IMG/VR virus record: IMGVR_UViG_3300028571_000011
Length of the DNA stretch: 64,000 nucleotides
Reading direction: 5' to 3' (one strand)
From: a virus
Taxonomy: Duplodnaviria; Heunggongvirae; Uroviricota; Caudoviricetes
Shown: positions 1 through 9,399 of the stretch, in pieces
Position numbering within the stretch: position 1 is the stretch's first letter
Layout: each line of letters starts with the position of its first letter
Position numbers and translations under genes: made by a program
The notes under the pieces: generated by a model
What the model saw: the letters and a program-made list of their open reading frames with translations, nothing else
Database searches by the model: none
What the model was told of the DNA's origin: nothing

Positions 1-1
1 C

Positions 2-241
2 GGCGTCAGCCGGTTCCAAGAGAGTCTGGCCAGCAAATCAGACCTTGTTGTCGTCCATGGTCTAGATACGCGAGATAACATCTACCAAATGCTAGGATAC
101 GTAGAGGCAATGTCGCAGGTTGCCCCTCACGCTCTGTTCGTGTATGAGTGCGTCCCCGCCCCTGACCTCGACGCAGACACCATTGTGTCTGCCGCGAAGA
201 GGAGTGGTTTCTCATTCATTTGGGGTGTAGCACGTGGTTAA
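2..241 (+). CDS. 3' end of an upstream gene, possibly a helicase-loader/AAA-like protein (partial)
   Basis: Frame 2 is open from the window edge to TAA at 239-241, overlapping the dnaB GTG; it contains DLVVVHGL, resembling a degenerate Walker B. Function inferred from position only. Confidence 0.35.
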   Translation, partial: GVSRFQESLASKSDLVVVHGLDTRDNIYQMLGYVEAMSQVAPHALFVYECVPAPDLDADTIVSAAKRSGFSFIWGVARG

Positions 242-3200
242 ACGGCTCAAAGACATCGGTTTCATTGAAGACGAGGACGAGGACGAGAAGCCACGGAAGA
301 AGCGACGCCACAAAGCTGACGACGACACTGACGACGATGACGACCTTCCATCAAGGGAAAAGGCTGAGTCTCCATTCAGTGGCGAGATTGTAGCTCCAGA
401 ATACGAGGAGAGCAGGCTTCACTCTGGGCAGCTGGAGTTCCTGTCTATCGTTCGTGTGCTGTCAGACCCTGACCTTCAAGGCAGACTCTGGCCGCGATTC
501 AATGAAGACCAATTCGCCTCAGCGATTGCCAGAAGCATCTTTACTCGTGTGAAGACGCTCCAGAACCTTGGCAAGGAGTTCCCATCAATCAGCACGCTTG
601 CGATTGATCCGGCGCTTCCAAAGCCATCACAGGCCGCACTGTCGGTCTTCATTTCATCGGCAGAGAATGGGCGTCTACAATCGGATGTCGACATCGGCAA
701 TGGTGTCAGAGTACCGGTGTCGTCGTCGGCAGACTTTGAAGGTCACGTCTACGATATCCTAGAGGCATACAGGATAACGCGGCAGTCGATGGAGAAGATC
801 GTCTCTGTCACCAACAAGCTATCGGATGAGGGTGGTTTTGACCCGCTAAATGCTCCCGCTTGGTTCGAGCGGGTGGCCGTCGAGATTCTTGCTCTTCGAG
901 GCAAGGAGGCGATTGCTGACGCCCTTGTCCACTACGGTATCAATACCACCAGAGACGAAGACATCAAACGTGAGTCGGAGATCGACAAGATCTTCGCCAC
1001 GGAACGTCTCAGGTTCAAGACTGGATTCAAGGCTTTCGATGACAAAGCAGGTGGTTTCCAGCCCGGTGAAGTAGTCCTGATGGGCGCCAACTCGGGTGGT
1101 GGTAAGTGCCAGCCGGGTTGGGTCACTACATTGTCAAGCGCTGGTGTACTCTCTTTCGATGAGCTTGCATCAGACTTCACGGCACAAACAGGGTACACTA
1201 ATGTCGTAAGTACCATTCATGGTGAAAACGGTAAAGAAGAAGCCACCCAGTTCTATGCAGAGGATGTAGCTGAAACTGTTGAGTTTATGACCAGTCTTGG
1301 TTTTCAGAACGAAGGTACTCTGAAGCACCGAGTACGGGTTGTGAACAACCAAGGCATTCAGTGGAGACATCACAGTGACATCACTGTCGGTGAGGCGGTT
1401 GTCTTGATGCACGGTCAAGACATGTGGGGTAGCACGACGGATGTACCCATGAATGACAACTTCCGCAAAGAAGGATTGCCCAGTGCGCTTACACCAGAAC
1501 TGGCTCGTGTGCTTGGTTATTTGGTGTCAGAAGGACGATTCAATAAGCCCGCATCGACGACTGGATTCAGTTTTACAAACACAGACCCAGACGTATGGGT
1601 CGACTGGAATGCATGCTCAAACGCTTGTGGCATGAAAGAGCAGCGTCCTGACGGGACGTCCATTCATTTGCCAACGCGACCTTCGTACATCTCTTACTTC
1701 GAAAAGCTCGGCTTCAACAAAGGTCTGTCAGGAGACAGGGCCATTCCAGTTGCAATCAGACGAGCCCCCAAAGAAGTAGTTGTCAACTTTTTGCGTGCCC
1801 TCTTTGAAGGGGACGGTTTTATTCAGAATGACAATAAGAAGCAGGTGCTATACGCGACCACATCACCGACGCTGGCCTTCCAGCTGAGGGTGGTTCTTGC
1901 GAACCTTGGCATTGTTACGAACACTGTTGTTCAAAAGAAGTCAGCGACGAACGGGATACCCGGCAACGCAAGTATCTCTCATACATTGATCATAGGGCAC
2001 CGCTTCGTTGACACCTTCGCGAAGGAGATCGGGTTCTTGTCTTCTCGCAAGAAGCTGGAGCTTGAAAACTGTTTGAAGAGGGGGACATCTGGATCGGTTG
2101 ACCGCAAAACGGAGCGCCTGTACGGCGTCAGCCTCACACTGACCAGCCTGTACAACCGGATTCGTGAGGGGTTGAGGTCACAGGGCATTCCACTGCAGAA
2201 AGCAGTTGGTGGTCAACGTGACCACAATGTGCTTCGTGGCTGTGTAAGGACGCAACGGTTCACCAAGAATAACGCCAGACTCCTCGTTCTTCAGGCTGAA
2301 GCGCTAGGTATATCTGGTAGAGATGTGGACTTCGCTCGATTCCTTGGCAGAGAAGACATTGTGATTGACGTTATCACCGACGTTCAACACAACCATAAAC
2401 CCATCAGGGTTTATGACTACGTCGTGCCGGGGACCAACAGCTTCTGCGCTAATGGGTTCATTCAGCACAACACGGCTATGGCCCTTTCTACCATGGTGAA
2501 CATGGCAAAGATGGGGACCAGCGTCGCTATGCTTCAGCTGGAGTTGACGAACAGTCAGGTCAACGAGCGACTGTCGGCAAACCTCGCCAACCTCGATGCT
2601 GACGCGATCCGAACGGGTAAGCTGACGGAGAAACAGAAGAGGCTCGTCAAAGACTCACATGACGAGTTCCATGAGGACTTGAAAGCAGCTAGGTCGCGGT
2701 TCACTATCTTCGCGCCATCGTCAGCGACGATTCAGGAGTGCGAGTACATCTTCAAGTCATTCCCATACCGTGTATGGTTCATTGACTACATCAACCTGCT
2801 GAAGTGGGACAATGGCAAGCAGGGGGATACGCGCTCTGGTGAGGATTGGACTCGCCTTTCCGACATCGTCAAGGAGTTCAAACGCATCGCCAAGAAGTAT
2901 GGCATCTGCGTTGTTCTGCTCGTACAAATCAACGTTGAGAAAGAGTCTGGCGACATGTCAATCCGATACGCTAAAGCGATGTTGGAGCATGCAGATATTG
3001 TACAGGTTTGGAACCTCACTGCTGACGCGAAGAAAGATGGCATGGTATGGATCAGACATCTCAAAGCCAGACAATACGAAATGTTCGACTATGCCGTCCG
3101 GGTTGCTCTAGACAAGGGTAGGTTTGAGTCAATAGACATGACGCTTCTTCCAAAGCCAGAGGAGAAGAAGCTCGGCTCCAAGAAGAAGGTCCGAGACAAC

Positions 3201-3368
3201 GACGATGCGGACGCACCTTCTCCTTTCAAGAAGAAAGAGAAGCCATTGCCTGTGCCCGCAGAAGAAACGAAGATACCAGACAACTTCTCATCGGCAGAGA
3301 CCGTTGCTGCCTTCAACAACAAACCACGGCTCGTTGTCGTGGATAACTACGCGGAGATGGACGAATGA
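234..3368 (+). CDS. dnaB: Replicative DnaB-like helicase, intein-interrupted
   Basis: After removing the intein: Walker A GANSGGGK|T, Walker B WFIDYINLL, VLLVQIN, AMLEHADIV and HLKARQ (arginine-finger region). Acidic low-complexity N- and C-termini. Confidence 0.95.
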   Translation: MVKRLKDIGFIEDEDEDEKPRKKRRHKADDDTDDDDDLPSREKAESPFSGEIVAPEYEESRLHSGQLEFLSIVRVLSDPDLQGRLWPRFNEDQFASAIARSIFTRVKTLQNLGKEFPSISTLAIDPALPKPSQAALSVFISSAENGRLQSDVDIGNGVRVPVSSSADFEGHVYDILEAYRITRQSMEKIVSVTNKLSDEGGFDPLNAPAWFERVAVEILALRGKEAIADALVHYGINTTRDEDIKRESEIDKIFATERLRFKTGFKAFDDKAGGFQPGEVVLMGANSGGGKCQPGWVTTLSSAGVLSFDELASDFTAQTGYTNVVSTIHGENGKEEATQFYAEDVAETVEFMTSLGFQNEGTLKHRVRVVNNQGIQWRHHSDITVGEAVVLMHGQDMWGSTTDVPMNDNFRKEGLPSALTPELARVLGYLVSEGRFNKPASTTGFSFTNTDPDVWVDWNACSNACGMKEQRPDGTSIHLPTRPSYISYFEKLGFNKGLSGDRAIPVAIRRAPKEVVVNFLRALFEGDGFIQNDNKKQVLYATTSPTLAFQLRVVLANLGIVTNTVVQKKSATNGIPGNASISHTLIIGHRFVDTFAKEIGFLSSRKKLELENCLKRGTSGSVDRKTERLYGVSLTLTSLYNRIREGLRSQGIPLQKAVGGQRDHNVLRGCVRTQRFTKNNARLLVLQAEALGISGRDVDFARFLGREDIVIDVITDVQHNHKPIRVYDYVVPGTNSFCANGFIQHNTAMALSTMVNMAKMGTSVAMLQLELTNSQVNERLSANLANLDADAIRTGKLTEKQKRLVKDSHDEFHEDLKAARSRFTIFAPSSATIQECEYIFKSFPYRVWFIDYINLLKWDNGKQGDTRSGEDWTRLSDIVKEFKRIAKKYGICVVLLVQINVEKESGDMSIRYAKAMLEHADIVQVWNLTADAKKDGMVWIRHLKARQYEMFDYAVRVALDKGRFESIDMTLLPKPEEKKLGSKKKVRDNDDADAPSPFKKKEKPLPVPAEETKIPDNFSSAETVAAFNNKPRLVVVDNYAEMDE
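1107..2471 (+). mobile_element. Intein (455 aa) with LAGLIDADG homing endonuclease, inserted in the DnaB Walker A motif
   Basis: Starts at Cys directly after GGGK (CQPGW), ends SFCANGFIQHN followed by Thr +1; internal blocks LGYLVSEG and FLRALFEGDG. Confidence 0.93.
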
Positions 3369-3832
3369 ACCTTGTCACTGTGAAGATCAAGATGGAAGAC
3401 AGACGGATGATGCCAATCAAGGCCCACGCATCAGACGCCTGCTTTGACCTGACGTCGTCTGAAGAAGTCACTGTCTTTCCGGGCAAGGCCGAGGTCATCA
3501 ACCTTGGCTTCAGTTTGGAAATCCCTGTGGGCTGGGAGGCCCAGATTCGACCACGCTCGGGTCTGTCGTCGAAGCTGAAGTGGGCTGCATTCGGAACGAT
3601 TGACGCTGACTACCGTGGTCCTGTGAAGACCACCATCGCCAACTTCTCTGACACGCCATTCCACATCAACATTGGGGACAGGATTGCCCAGATGGCTTTC
3701 TCCCCAGTACCGCAGGTATCACTCATGGAAGTCGATTCCTTGAGTCCGTCGCCACGTGGCGCTGGTGGCTTCGGCTCCACTGGTGTACAAGCTCTGGCTC
3801 CGGGCAACCTCAACAGCGGGACCGACGCATGA
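3365..3832 (+). CDS. dut: Trimeric dUTPase
   Basis: Motifs ACFDL, IRPRSGL, GTIDADYRG, GDRIAQM and RGAGGFGSTG. Confidence 0.97.
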   Translation: MNLVTVKIKMEDRRMMPIKAHASDACFDLTSSEEVTVFPGKAEVINLGFSLEIPVGWEAQIRPRSGLSSKLKWAAFGTIDADYRGPVKTTIANFSDTPFHINIGDRIAQMAFSPVPQVSLMEVDSLSPSPRGAGGFGSTGVQALAPGNLNSGTDA

Positions 3833-6759
3833 CGAAAACTCCCAAGAAGCTCCCCATCTACATTGAAACTGAAGTGGAGGACGCTTCTCGGGACGCCTGC
3901 TCAGGCTGTAAGCTTGAGCAGTTTGGTGGTGCTTGCCGCCATCAGCCAATGAAGATCTACACCAAGGAGGGATCGAAGTTCTCAACAGATGAGATCGACC
4001 TCCTCATTGTCGGAGACACTCCCAGCTTTCTCGACAACAAGGCGAAGCAGTACATGGGAGACGAAGGGGGTCGCTCCTTCCTCCGTAAGGTCAAGAGTCT
4101 TGGCTTCGATAACTTCGCCGTGATTCCAGCTGTGCGCTGTTACACAGGTGGCGACGTTGACCATTTCACATTGACGAAGAAGTACAAAGGCGCCTTTGGT
4201 TTCAAGAAAGAGAAGCCACTGGACCGGGCCAACGAAGCAGTTGCGAATTGCAAGGAGTACACACAAACGGCTGTTCGAGAGTACAACCCCAAGCTAACGC
4301 TTGCCATGGGTCCGTTGGCGCTCAAGGCTTTGGACATGACGGGTGGTGTGCCTTCCAACAGGCATACACCTCTCCACAGGAAGCGAGGCATGGGTAAGCG
4401 GACCCAGCGGGAAGGCGTCGTTGTAACTCACGACAGGTTCGGCGTGGCTATGAACGACTGGGCCTACCGGGAGATGGTCAAGGACATCAACAAGCTCCGC
4501 ACGCTCCGTGACACAGGCTTCGCTGACGTCTACGGCGACGAGTCGACTATCGTCGTCAACGTTCTGGATTCTGTCGAAGCAGTCCGGGCATTCGTCGACA
4601 AGTTGTTGTCGACCAAGTACGAAGACCAAGAAGTCGTATGCTTCGACTTTGAGACCGAAAACCTAGACGTCTCGAAGGAAACGAACCGCATCCTCAACGT
4701 TGGATTCACGCTCTCAACAGAGCCTGACATTTCCTACGTCGTCCCGCTATCGCACCCGGAGACCCCATTCTCCAGCGATGATTTGGACATCGTGTACAAG
4801 CTGCTGAGGAAGCTGTTCCGCTCAAAGGGAGCAAGCTTCTACGCTTGGCTTGGCCACAACATCCCGTTCGAAATCTCGATGATCAAGCTGTTCTTCGGCG
4901 TCTGGCTGGGCGAAGAAGGCGGCGTCAAGACGCTTGATACCATGACGCTACTCTTTGCTCTGGAAGAGGACCGTAGAAGCAAGGGTATCAACAAGCCGTA
5001 CTCACTGGAGAGTGCTGCCCAAGAGTTCCTCGACTTCCGTTGGTACAAGGAGTCGAAGATCAAACTGGCCCGTAATAGGCTGATCGATGAACCCCTCGAT
5101 CGAGTCAACCACTATGTGGGTGTTGACTCTTCGGTCACGGCTAGGTTCTTCAATCGTCTCATCGAGCAGGCCATCGCGGAGGGTTCCGCAAAGGACATCC
5201 TTCGTCTTTGCGTCAAGCTGTATGGCCCAGCCAACCACTACATCGTAGACCTGAAGCTGACGGGGCTGTACCTAGACCTGCCGCTCCTTCAGATGCTGCG
5301 TGCGCCAGACTCTGTTGTCTCTCAGAGAATCAAGCAGATTGAGGCTGAGTTCGCCGAGGCACCAGAAGTTGCTGAGGCGATGGCACTGCTTGAGACGAAG
5401 TCCGGTGCGAAGCACGGCTTGAAGGCTCTCTTCAAGAGCAAGACAGCGCAGAGATTCAACCCACATTCGGACGAGCATCGGAAGATGCTATTCCATAACG
5501 TATTGGGTCTAGACGGTGCTGACGTCTCCGTCGACAAAGTATTCCAAGACAGGCACAAAAACGTTCCACTGGTGAAGCTATTCGCCGAGTGGTCGTCAAT
5601 GGACAAGCTGGAAAGCTCGTACCTCCAGCCTCTCGCTGAAGCACTGCAGCACGCGAACTCTCGTGATGGTCGTGTGCGGGCTACATTCAATCTCATCAAC
5701 ACCAAGACAGGAAGACTGAGTGCGAATGACCCGCCAGTACAAACGGTTCCACGCTCCGATTCTGAGGTGAAGAAGCAGATCAAAGCCATCTTCAGCAGCC
5801 CACCCGGCAAGCTGTTGGTGCAGCTGGACTTCTCGCAGGCCGAGGTTCGCTGGCTCGCCATCATGTCTGGCGACAAGGCTCTTGCTGAGAAGTACCGCAG
5901 AGCAGACGAGATTGCCGAAGCTCTCCTGTTGGACCCGAAGAATGAACAACTGAAGCGGGCTAAGAAGATCGACGGCGACCTTCATATGTCGACAGCAATC
6001 ATGATGTACAAACTCGATTCTGAGCTTGTGATTACTGACGAGAAAGCTGCCAAGAAGTTCCGCCAACGCGCCAAGTCCGTTTGCTTCGGCCTCATCTATG
6101 GGAAGAACTACAAGTCGCTGGCTAAGGACTTGGGTATCTCCGAAGACGAAGCTCTCGAAGCAGTTGAGTTGTGGTTGGGTCAATTCCCTCAGGCCGCTCA
6201 ATGGCTTGAGGATACCGAGAAGTTCGCAGCTGAGCACGGTTATGTTCGCTCGCCGTTCGGTCGTTGGCGCCGTCTGCCAGAGGTCTTCTCCTCTGACATG
6301 TCGATCGTCAATCGTGCCCTGCGTCAGAGCCGCAACACGCCAGTGCAGTCAGCAGCAAGCGACACCTGCATCTATGCAGCTTGTAAGCTGCGTGATGCTT
6401 TGCGCTTCTCGGATGACCCCGGTCTGCGTCAGGTCAAACTGGTCAACACGGTCCATGACTCATTGATTGCTGAGGTGCCTGCCGACAAGGACGTCATCCG
6501 CGCATACGCGAAGCTGGCCCGGTCCATCTTCATGGACCCGAACCTGCTCAAGAAAGACTTCGGTATCGATATCACTGTCCCTCTGACAGTTGACTTCGAC
6601 GTCGGCGTCAACTGGGGCAACATGTCCGAGTACGACTTCACTGAGGATTCTCTGGATGCTGCTTTCTACAACGCTGAGTTGTTGAGGCTGCAGCCACCGG
6701 GGGTGTTGCTCGAACACCTTGAGAAGAAGGGCTTGCTCTACAAGAAGAAGGCAGCCTAA
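3829..6759 (+). CDS. polA: Family-A DNA polymerase with N-terminal family-4 UDG-like domain and 3'-5' exonuclease
   Basis: Exonuclease CFDFETE / GHNIPFE / YVGVD; polymerase TGRLS, LDFSQAEVR (A), RAKSVCFGLIYG (B), VHDS (C); N-terminus CSGC...IVGDTP...VRC...NC...PKLTLAMG. Confidence 0.94.
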   Translation: MTKTPKKLPIYIETEVEDASRDACSGCKLEQFGGACRHQPMKIYTKEGSKFSTDEIDLLIVGDTPSFLDNKAKQYMGDEGGRSFLRKVKSLGFDNFAVIPAVRCYTGGDVDHFTLTKKYKGAFGFKKEKPLDRANEAVANCKEYTQTAVREYNPKLTLAMGPLALKALDMTGGVPSNRHTPLHRKRGMGKRTQREGVVVTHDRFGVAMNDWAYREMVKDINKLRTLRDTGFADVYGDESTIVVNVLDSVEAVRAFVDKLLSTKYEDQEVVCFDFETENLDVSKETNRILNVGFTLSTEPDISYVVPLSHPETPFSSDDLDIVYKLLRKLFRSKGASFYAWLGHNIPFEISMIKLFFGVWLGEEGGVKTLDTMTLLFALEEDRRSKGINKPYSLESAAQEFLDFRWYKESKIKLARNRLIDEPLDRVNHYVGVDSSVTARFFNRLIEQAIAEGSAKDILRLCVKLYGPANHYIVDLKLTGLYLDLPLLQMLRAPDSVVSQRIKQIEAEFAEAPEVAEAMALLETKSGAKHGLKALFKSKTAQRFNPHSDEHRKMLFHNVLGLDGADVSVDKVFQDRHKNVPLVKLFAEWSSMDKLESSYLQPLAEALQHANSRDGRVRATFNLINTKTGRLSANDPPVQTVPRSDSEVKKQIKAIFSSPPGKLLVQLDFSQAEVRWLAIMSGDKALAEKYRRADEIAEALLLDPKNEQLKRAKKIDGDLHMSTAIMMYKLDSELVITDEKAAKKFRQRAKSVCFGLIYGKNYKSLAKDLGISEDEALEAVELWLGQFPQAAQWLEDTEKFAAEHGYVRSPFGRWRRLPEVFSSDMSIVNRALRQSRNTPVQSAASDTCIYAACKLRDALRFSDDPGLRQVKLVNTVHDSLIAEVPADKDVIRAYAKLARSIFMDPNLLKKDFGIDITVPLTVDFDVGVNWGNMSEYDFTEDSLDAAFYNAELLRLQPPGVLLEHLEKKGLLYKKKAA

Positions 6760-6796
6760 GGTCTGAAACTGGTCAAGTACCAAATAGGAGAAGCAA

Positions 6797-7222
6797 ATGG
6801 GAATGTACGATAGTGGTAAGGGTTCGCAGATGGTTGTGACCGTCAAGCGTCAGGAACTTCTTGATATCGTCACGAAGAATCGTGACCTTCACGAGAAGGA
6901 AGCAGCCGACGCCAAGGTTGCGTATGGGTTGAAGCTTCGGCAGACCGTGCTGCTAGCCAAGCGCGCTCTCAACAAATACGCCATTGCCCTCAGGGATCCT
7001 GACAGCAAGGCTAAGTATCCTTCAGCGGAAGTCATGGCTCCCTATCAGCTGCAGAACCCAGTGAGCTATGTTGGGGAGTACGACCGTGCCATCGGGATGC
7101 TGAAGCTCCACAGCAAGGACGAGATGACCATCGACATGGCGACGTACCAGAAGTTCGTTGAGGACGATTGGGAATTCACCCGTGGCTTCAAGGCCATGTC
7201 GAGTTCATACTTGGGTGGATGA
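6797..7222 (+). CDS. Phage hypothetical protein (141 aa)
   Basis: AGGAG Shine-Dalgarno, operonic after polA, ends at a terminator. Confidence 0.8.
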   Translation: MGMYDSGKGSQMVVTVKRQELLDIVTKNRDLHEKEAADAKVAYGLKLRQTVLLAKRALNKYAIALRDPDSKAKYPSAEVMAPYQLQNPVSYVGEYDRAIGMLKLHSKDEMTIDMATYQKFVEDDWEFTRGFKAMSSSYLGG

Positions 7223-7224
7223 AC

Positions 7225-7260
7225 AAACAAAGAACCCGCCAACTGGCGGGTTCTTTGTTT
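7225..7260. terminator. Bidirectional intrinsic terminator
   Basis: Perfect 16-bp inverted repeat aaacaaagaacccgcc-aact-ggcgggttctttgttt between convergent genes, with A/T tails on both sides. Confidence 0.9.
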
Positions 7261-7913
7261 CACTTGTTCCGCTTGAGGAAGGCTGCCAGCTGGTCTTTGT
7301 CCAATCGGGACCGAGCAGCAATCTTGAAGGTACCCTTGCCACCACCGCTGTTGTTCTCTTTGAGAGCATCCTTGGCGTCTTCAGCGTACTCCCAGCCAGA
7401 GTCAATCTTGCCGGTTTCCTTGTTGACAAGGAACCACTTGTAGTCAGCACCGAACTCAGGCTTCTTCTTGGCCGAGGAAACGGCGGTTGGCTTGACGGAG
7501 GCAGAGACCTTGCTGGTGACTGCAGCAACCAGAGGACGGTGGTTGCCGGTCGTGGTCCAAAGGTCGTACGCCTTGCGGAAGTCGTCCTTCACCGAGGCAG
7601 CGACTGGCTGGCGAGGTGCAGCACGGCGGTCAGGAGCACCAGTGCGGGACTCGGCTGGCTTCTCCTGCTTGGAGGGAGCGTCGCCCTTGTCGTCTTTGTA
7701 GTAGGCTTCAAACGCCCACTTGCGGAAAGTCTTCATCGACTCCAAAGCTGCCTGATACGCGGTATCAGTGGGCTTTGCCTTGAAGGCTGCAATGGACTTC
7801 TCCATGGCTTGAGTTGCCTTCTGGAACTCCTCCTTCGCATCAACCGATGCGAGTAGTTGTGCAGCCGCTACACGCAGCGTTTTGATGACATGGGAGCGAG
7901 TAGTTTGGTCCAT
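7260..7913 (-). CDS. Hypothetical Lys/Ala-rich protein (217 aa), possibly virion-internal
   Basis: Long ORF with strong codon bias ending at the terminator; amphipathic N-terminal helix VIKTLRVAAAQLLA. Confidence 0.75.
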   Translation of the reverse strand: MDQTTRSHVIKTLRVAAAQLLASVDAKEEFQKATQAMEKSIAAFKAKPTDTAYQAALESMKTFRKWAFEAYYKDDKGDAPSKQEKPAESRTGAPDRRAAPRQPVAASVKDDFRKAYDLWTTTGNHRPLVAAVTSKVSASVKPTAVSSAKKKPEFGADYKWFLVNKETGKIDSGWEYAEDAKDALKENNSGGGKGTFKIAARSRLDKDQLAAFLKRNK

Positions 7914-7953
7914 GGAAGAGTATGCGAGTCACACTCTACGAGAGAGGTGATTC

Positions 7954-8310
7954 ATGGCTCTGCTCCAAGTTGAAGTCCAGATTGGGACTACCCTGCTCCC
8001 AAACACGCAGGAAAATCGTCGCAAGATTTTCGTGATGTCTGGTCGCACCACGCGTAATCCCGGTTACGGCAACATTCCGTACACCGTTCCGAAGATGGGT
8101 CAGTACCGCTTCAATCTGAACAACCCAGCTGTTCCCGGTGCAGTAACTGTGACTGCGTACTCACCAGTCCGTTTCTCATCTGAGGATTTGGTCGACCAGC
8201 CTGAGCTTGCCGGTCAGATCGCCTATATGATTGAGAAGGGATACGTGACTGTTGTTGTGGCTGGGGTTGGCGTTCCGCTGACTCGTGTTGACCTCAACGC
8301 CTTCGTCTGA
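7954..8310 (+). CDS. Hypothetical protein (118 aa), possibly structural
   Basis: GAGAGGTGA Shine-Dalgarno; beta-rich composition. Confidence 0.7.
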   Translation: MALLQVEVQIGTTLLPNTQENRRKIFVMSGRTTRNPGYGNIPYTVPKMGQYRFNLNNPAVPGAVTVTAYSPVRFSSEDLVDQPELAGQIAYMIEKGYVTVVVAGVGVPLTRVDLNAFV

Positions 8311-8312
8311 AA

Positions 8313-8606
8313 ATGACGCGAGACCGTAGTCACCATCTCAAGTCCACATACGCGCTCACCACTGAGGACTACGAGGCCATGGTCGAAGTTCAAGGTGGTG
8401 AATGCGCTATATGCGGACAAGAGGATTCACGTCGCAGAGCAGATGGTTCACCGTTCCCTCTATCGGTGGACCATGACCACGACAGTGGAAAACTTCGTGC
8501 TTTGCTCTGCACCAAATGCAATGTAGGTCTGGGTCACTTTAGAGATGACCCAGACCTACTGTTGCGAGCAGCCGAATACTTGAAGCTCTGGAAGAGAGCT
8601 ACTTGA
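8313..8606 (+). CDS. Endonuclease VII-family (His-Me finger) nuclease
   Basis: CAICG...LSVDHDHDSGKLRALLCTKCNVGLG signature. Confidence 0.88.
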   Translation: MTRDRSHHLKSTYALTTEDYEAMVEVQGGECAICGQEDSRRRADGSPFPLSVDHDHDSGKLRALLCTKCNVGLGHFRDDPDLLLRAAEYLKLWKRAT

Positions 8607-9312
8607 CGAGCGACTTCAGGTCGATGCTGATGTCGATTGGACGAACACTGACATCGACCGCAGGGGCAGCACCAACGACCGAGTTGGCCAACCGCTGGGC
8701 AGCAGTGAAGTTCAGGTCATCCGCACTCTTGGTTGAGCGGTACGACGTCATGTTGGCAGACACAGCCTTGAACATTTCACCAGCGTTGTGCTGCTGGTAG
8801 TTCATCGACTTCGTCTGTGCGACACCTACGGCACCACCGTTCTGAATGGCGTCGATGTTCGCACCAAGGAACAGGAACTGCCAATTGTAGACATCCGTCT
8901 GCGTCTTCACCATTTCCGCAATGCGGTCCTTGGTGTACTCTTCGCTTGAGTTTTCCTCACCGTCGGTGATGACAACGACGACGACAGACTCAGGACGCTC
9001 CGACTCGGGCAGTGACGACAGTTTGGCCCCGATGTCGTCGATGGTGCGACCAAGAGCGTCCAGCAACGCTGTGTAGCCACCGCACTCGTACGTATCATTC
9101 GTCAAGTCAGGCACAACCGCCAAGGGCATTCCATTGAAGGAAATCTTGTAGTCGCTGTTGAACTGAGCGAAAGTCATGCGAGCTTCATCGGTTCCTTTCT
9201 TCTGCTCACTCAGGAAGTTATTGAATCCGCCAATGGTATCGTTGGCAGTGCGTGCCATCGAACCTGAGCAGTCGAGGAGGACGCTGATGAGCGTCGTATT
9301 GGGTTTGGTCAT
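8599..9312 (-). CDS. von Willebrand factor A (vWA) domain protein
   Basis: MIDAS motif LLDCSGSM, YTALLDA, VVVITDGEENSS and FLFLGAN. Confidence 0.9.
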   Translation of the reverse strand: MTKPNTTLISVLLDCSGSMARTANDTIGGFNNFLSEQKKGTDEARMTFAQFNSDYKISFNGMPLAVVPDLTNDTYECGGYTALLDALGRTIDDIGAKLSSLPESERPESVVVVVITDGEENSSEEYTKDRIAEMVKTQTDVYNWQFLFLGANIDAIQNGGAVGVAQTKSMNYQQHNAGEMFKAVSANMTSYRSTKSADDLNFTAAQRLANSVVGAAPAVDVSVRPIDISIDLKSLVK

Positions 9313-9318
9313 GTTGAC

Positions 9319-9348
9319 CTTGTACTACGATCACTGCGATAGAATCAA
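9319..9348 (-). promoter_or_regulatory. Putative promoter for the vWA gene (leaderless)
   Basis: TTGATT-N18-TACAAG, then 6 nt to the ATG at 9312. Confidence 0.4.
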
Positions 9349-9364
9349 CAAGCAGGCTTGGCGG

Positions 9365-9394
9365 TTGACGCACCAGCTGGGGCGCTGTAGACCT
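9365..9394 (+). promoter_or_regulatory. Putative sigma70-type promoter (leaderless)
   Basis: TTGACG-N17-TAGACC-T, ATG 6 nt after the hexamer, no Shine-Dalgarno. Confidence 0.55.
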
Positions 9395-9399
9395 CGTGG

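Noticed and set aside
3829-6759. DpoZ / aminoadenine-DNA polymerase
   Set aside because: No purZ-like gene in the window, and motif B has the ordinary Phe (AKSVCFGLIYG); it cannot be excluded without the rest of the genome.
8313-8606. Endonuclease VII gene as an intron-encoded homing endonuclease
   Set aside because: The flanking ORFs are complete and on different strands; no split gene or group I intron core is visible.
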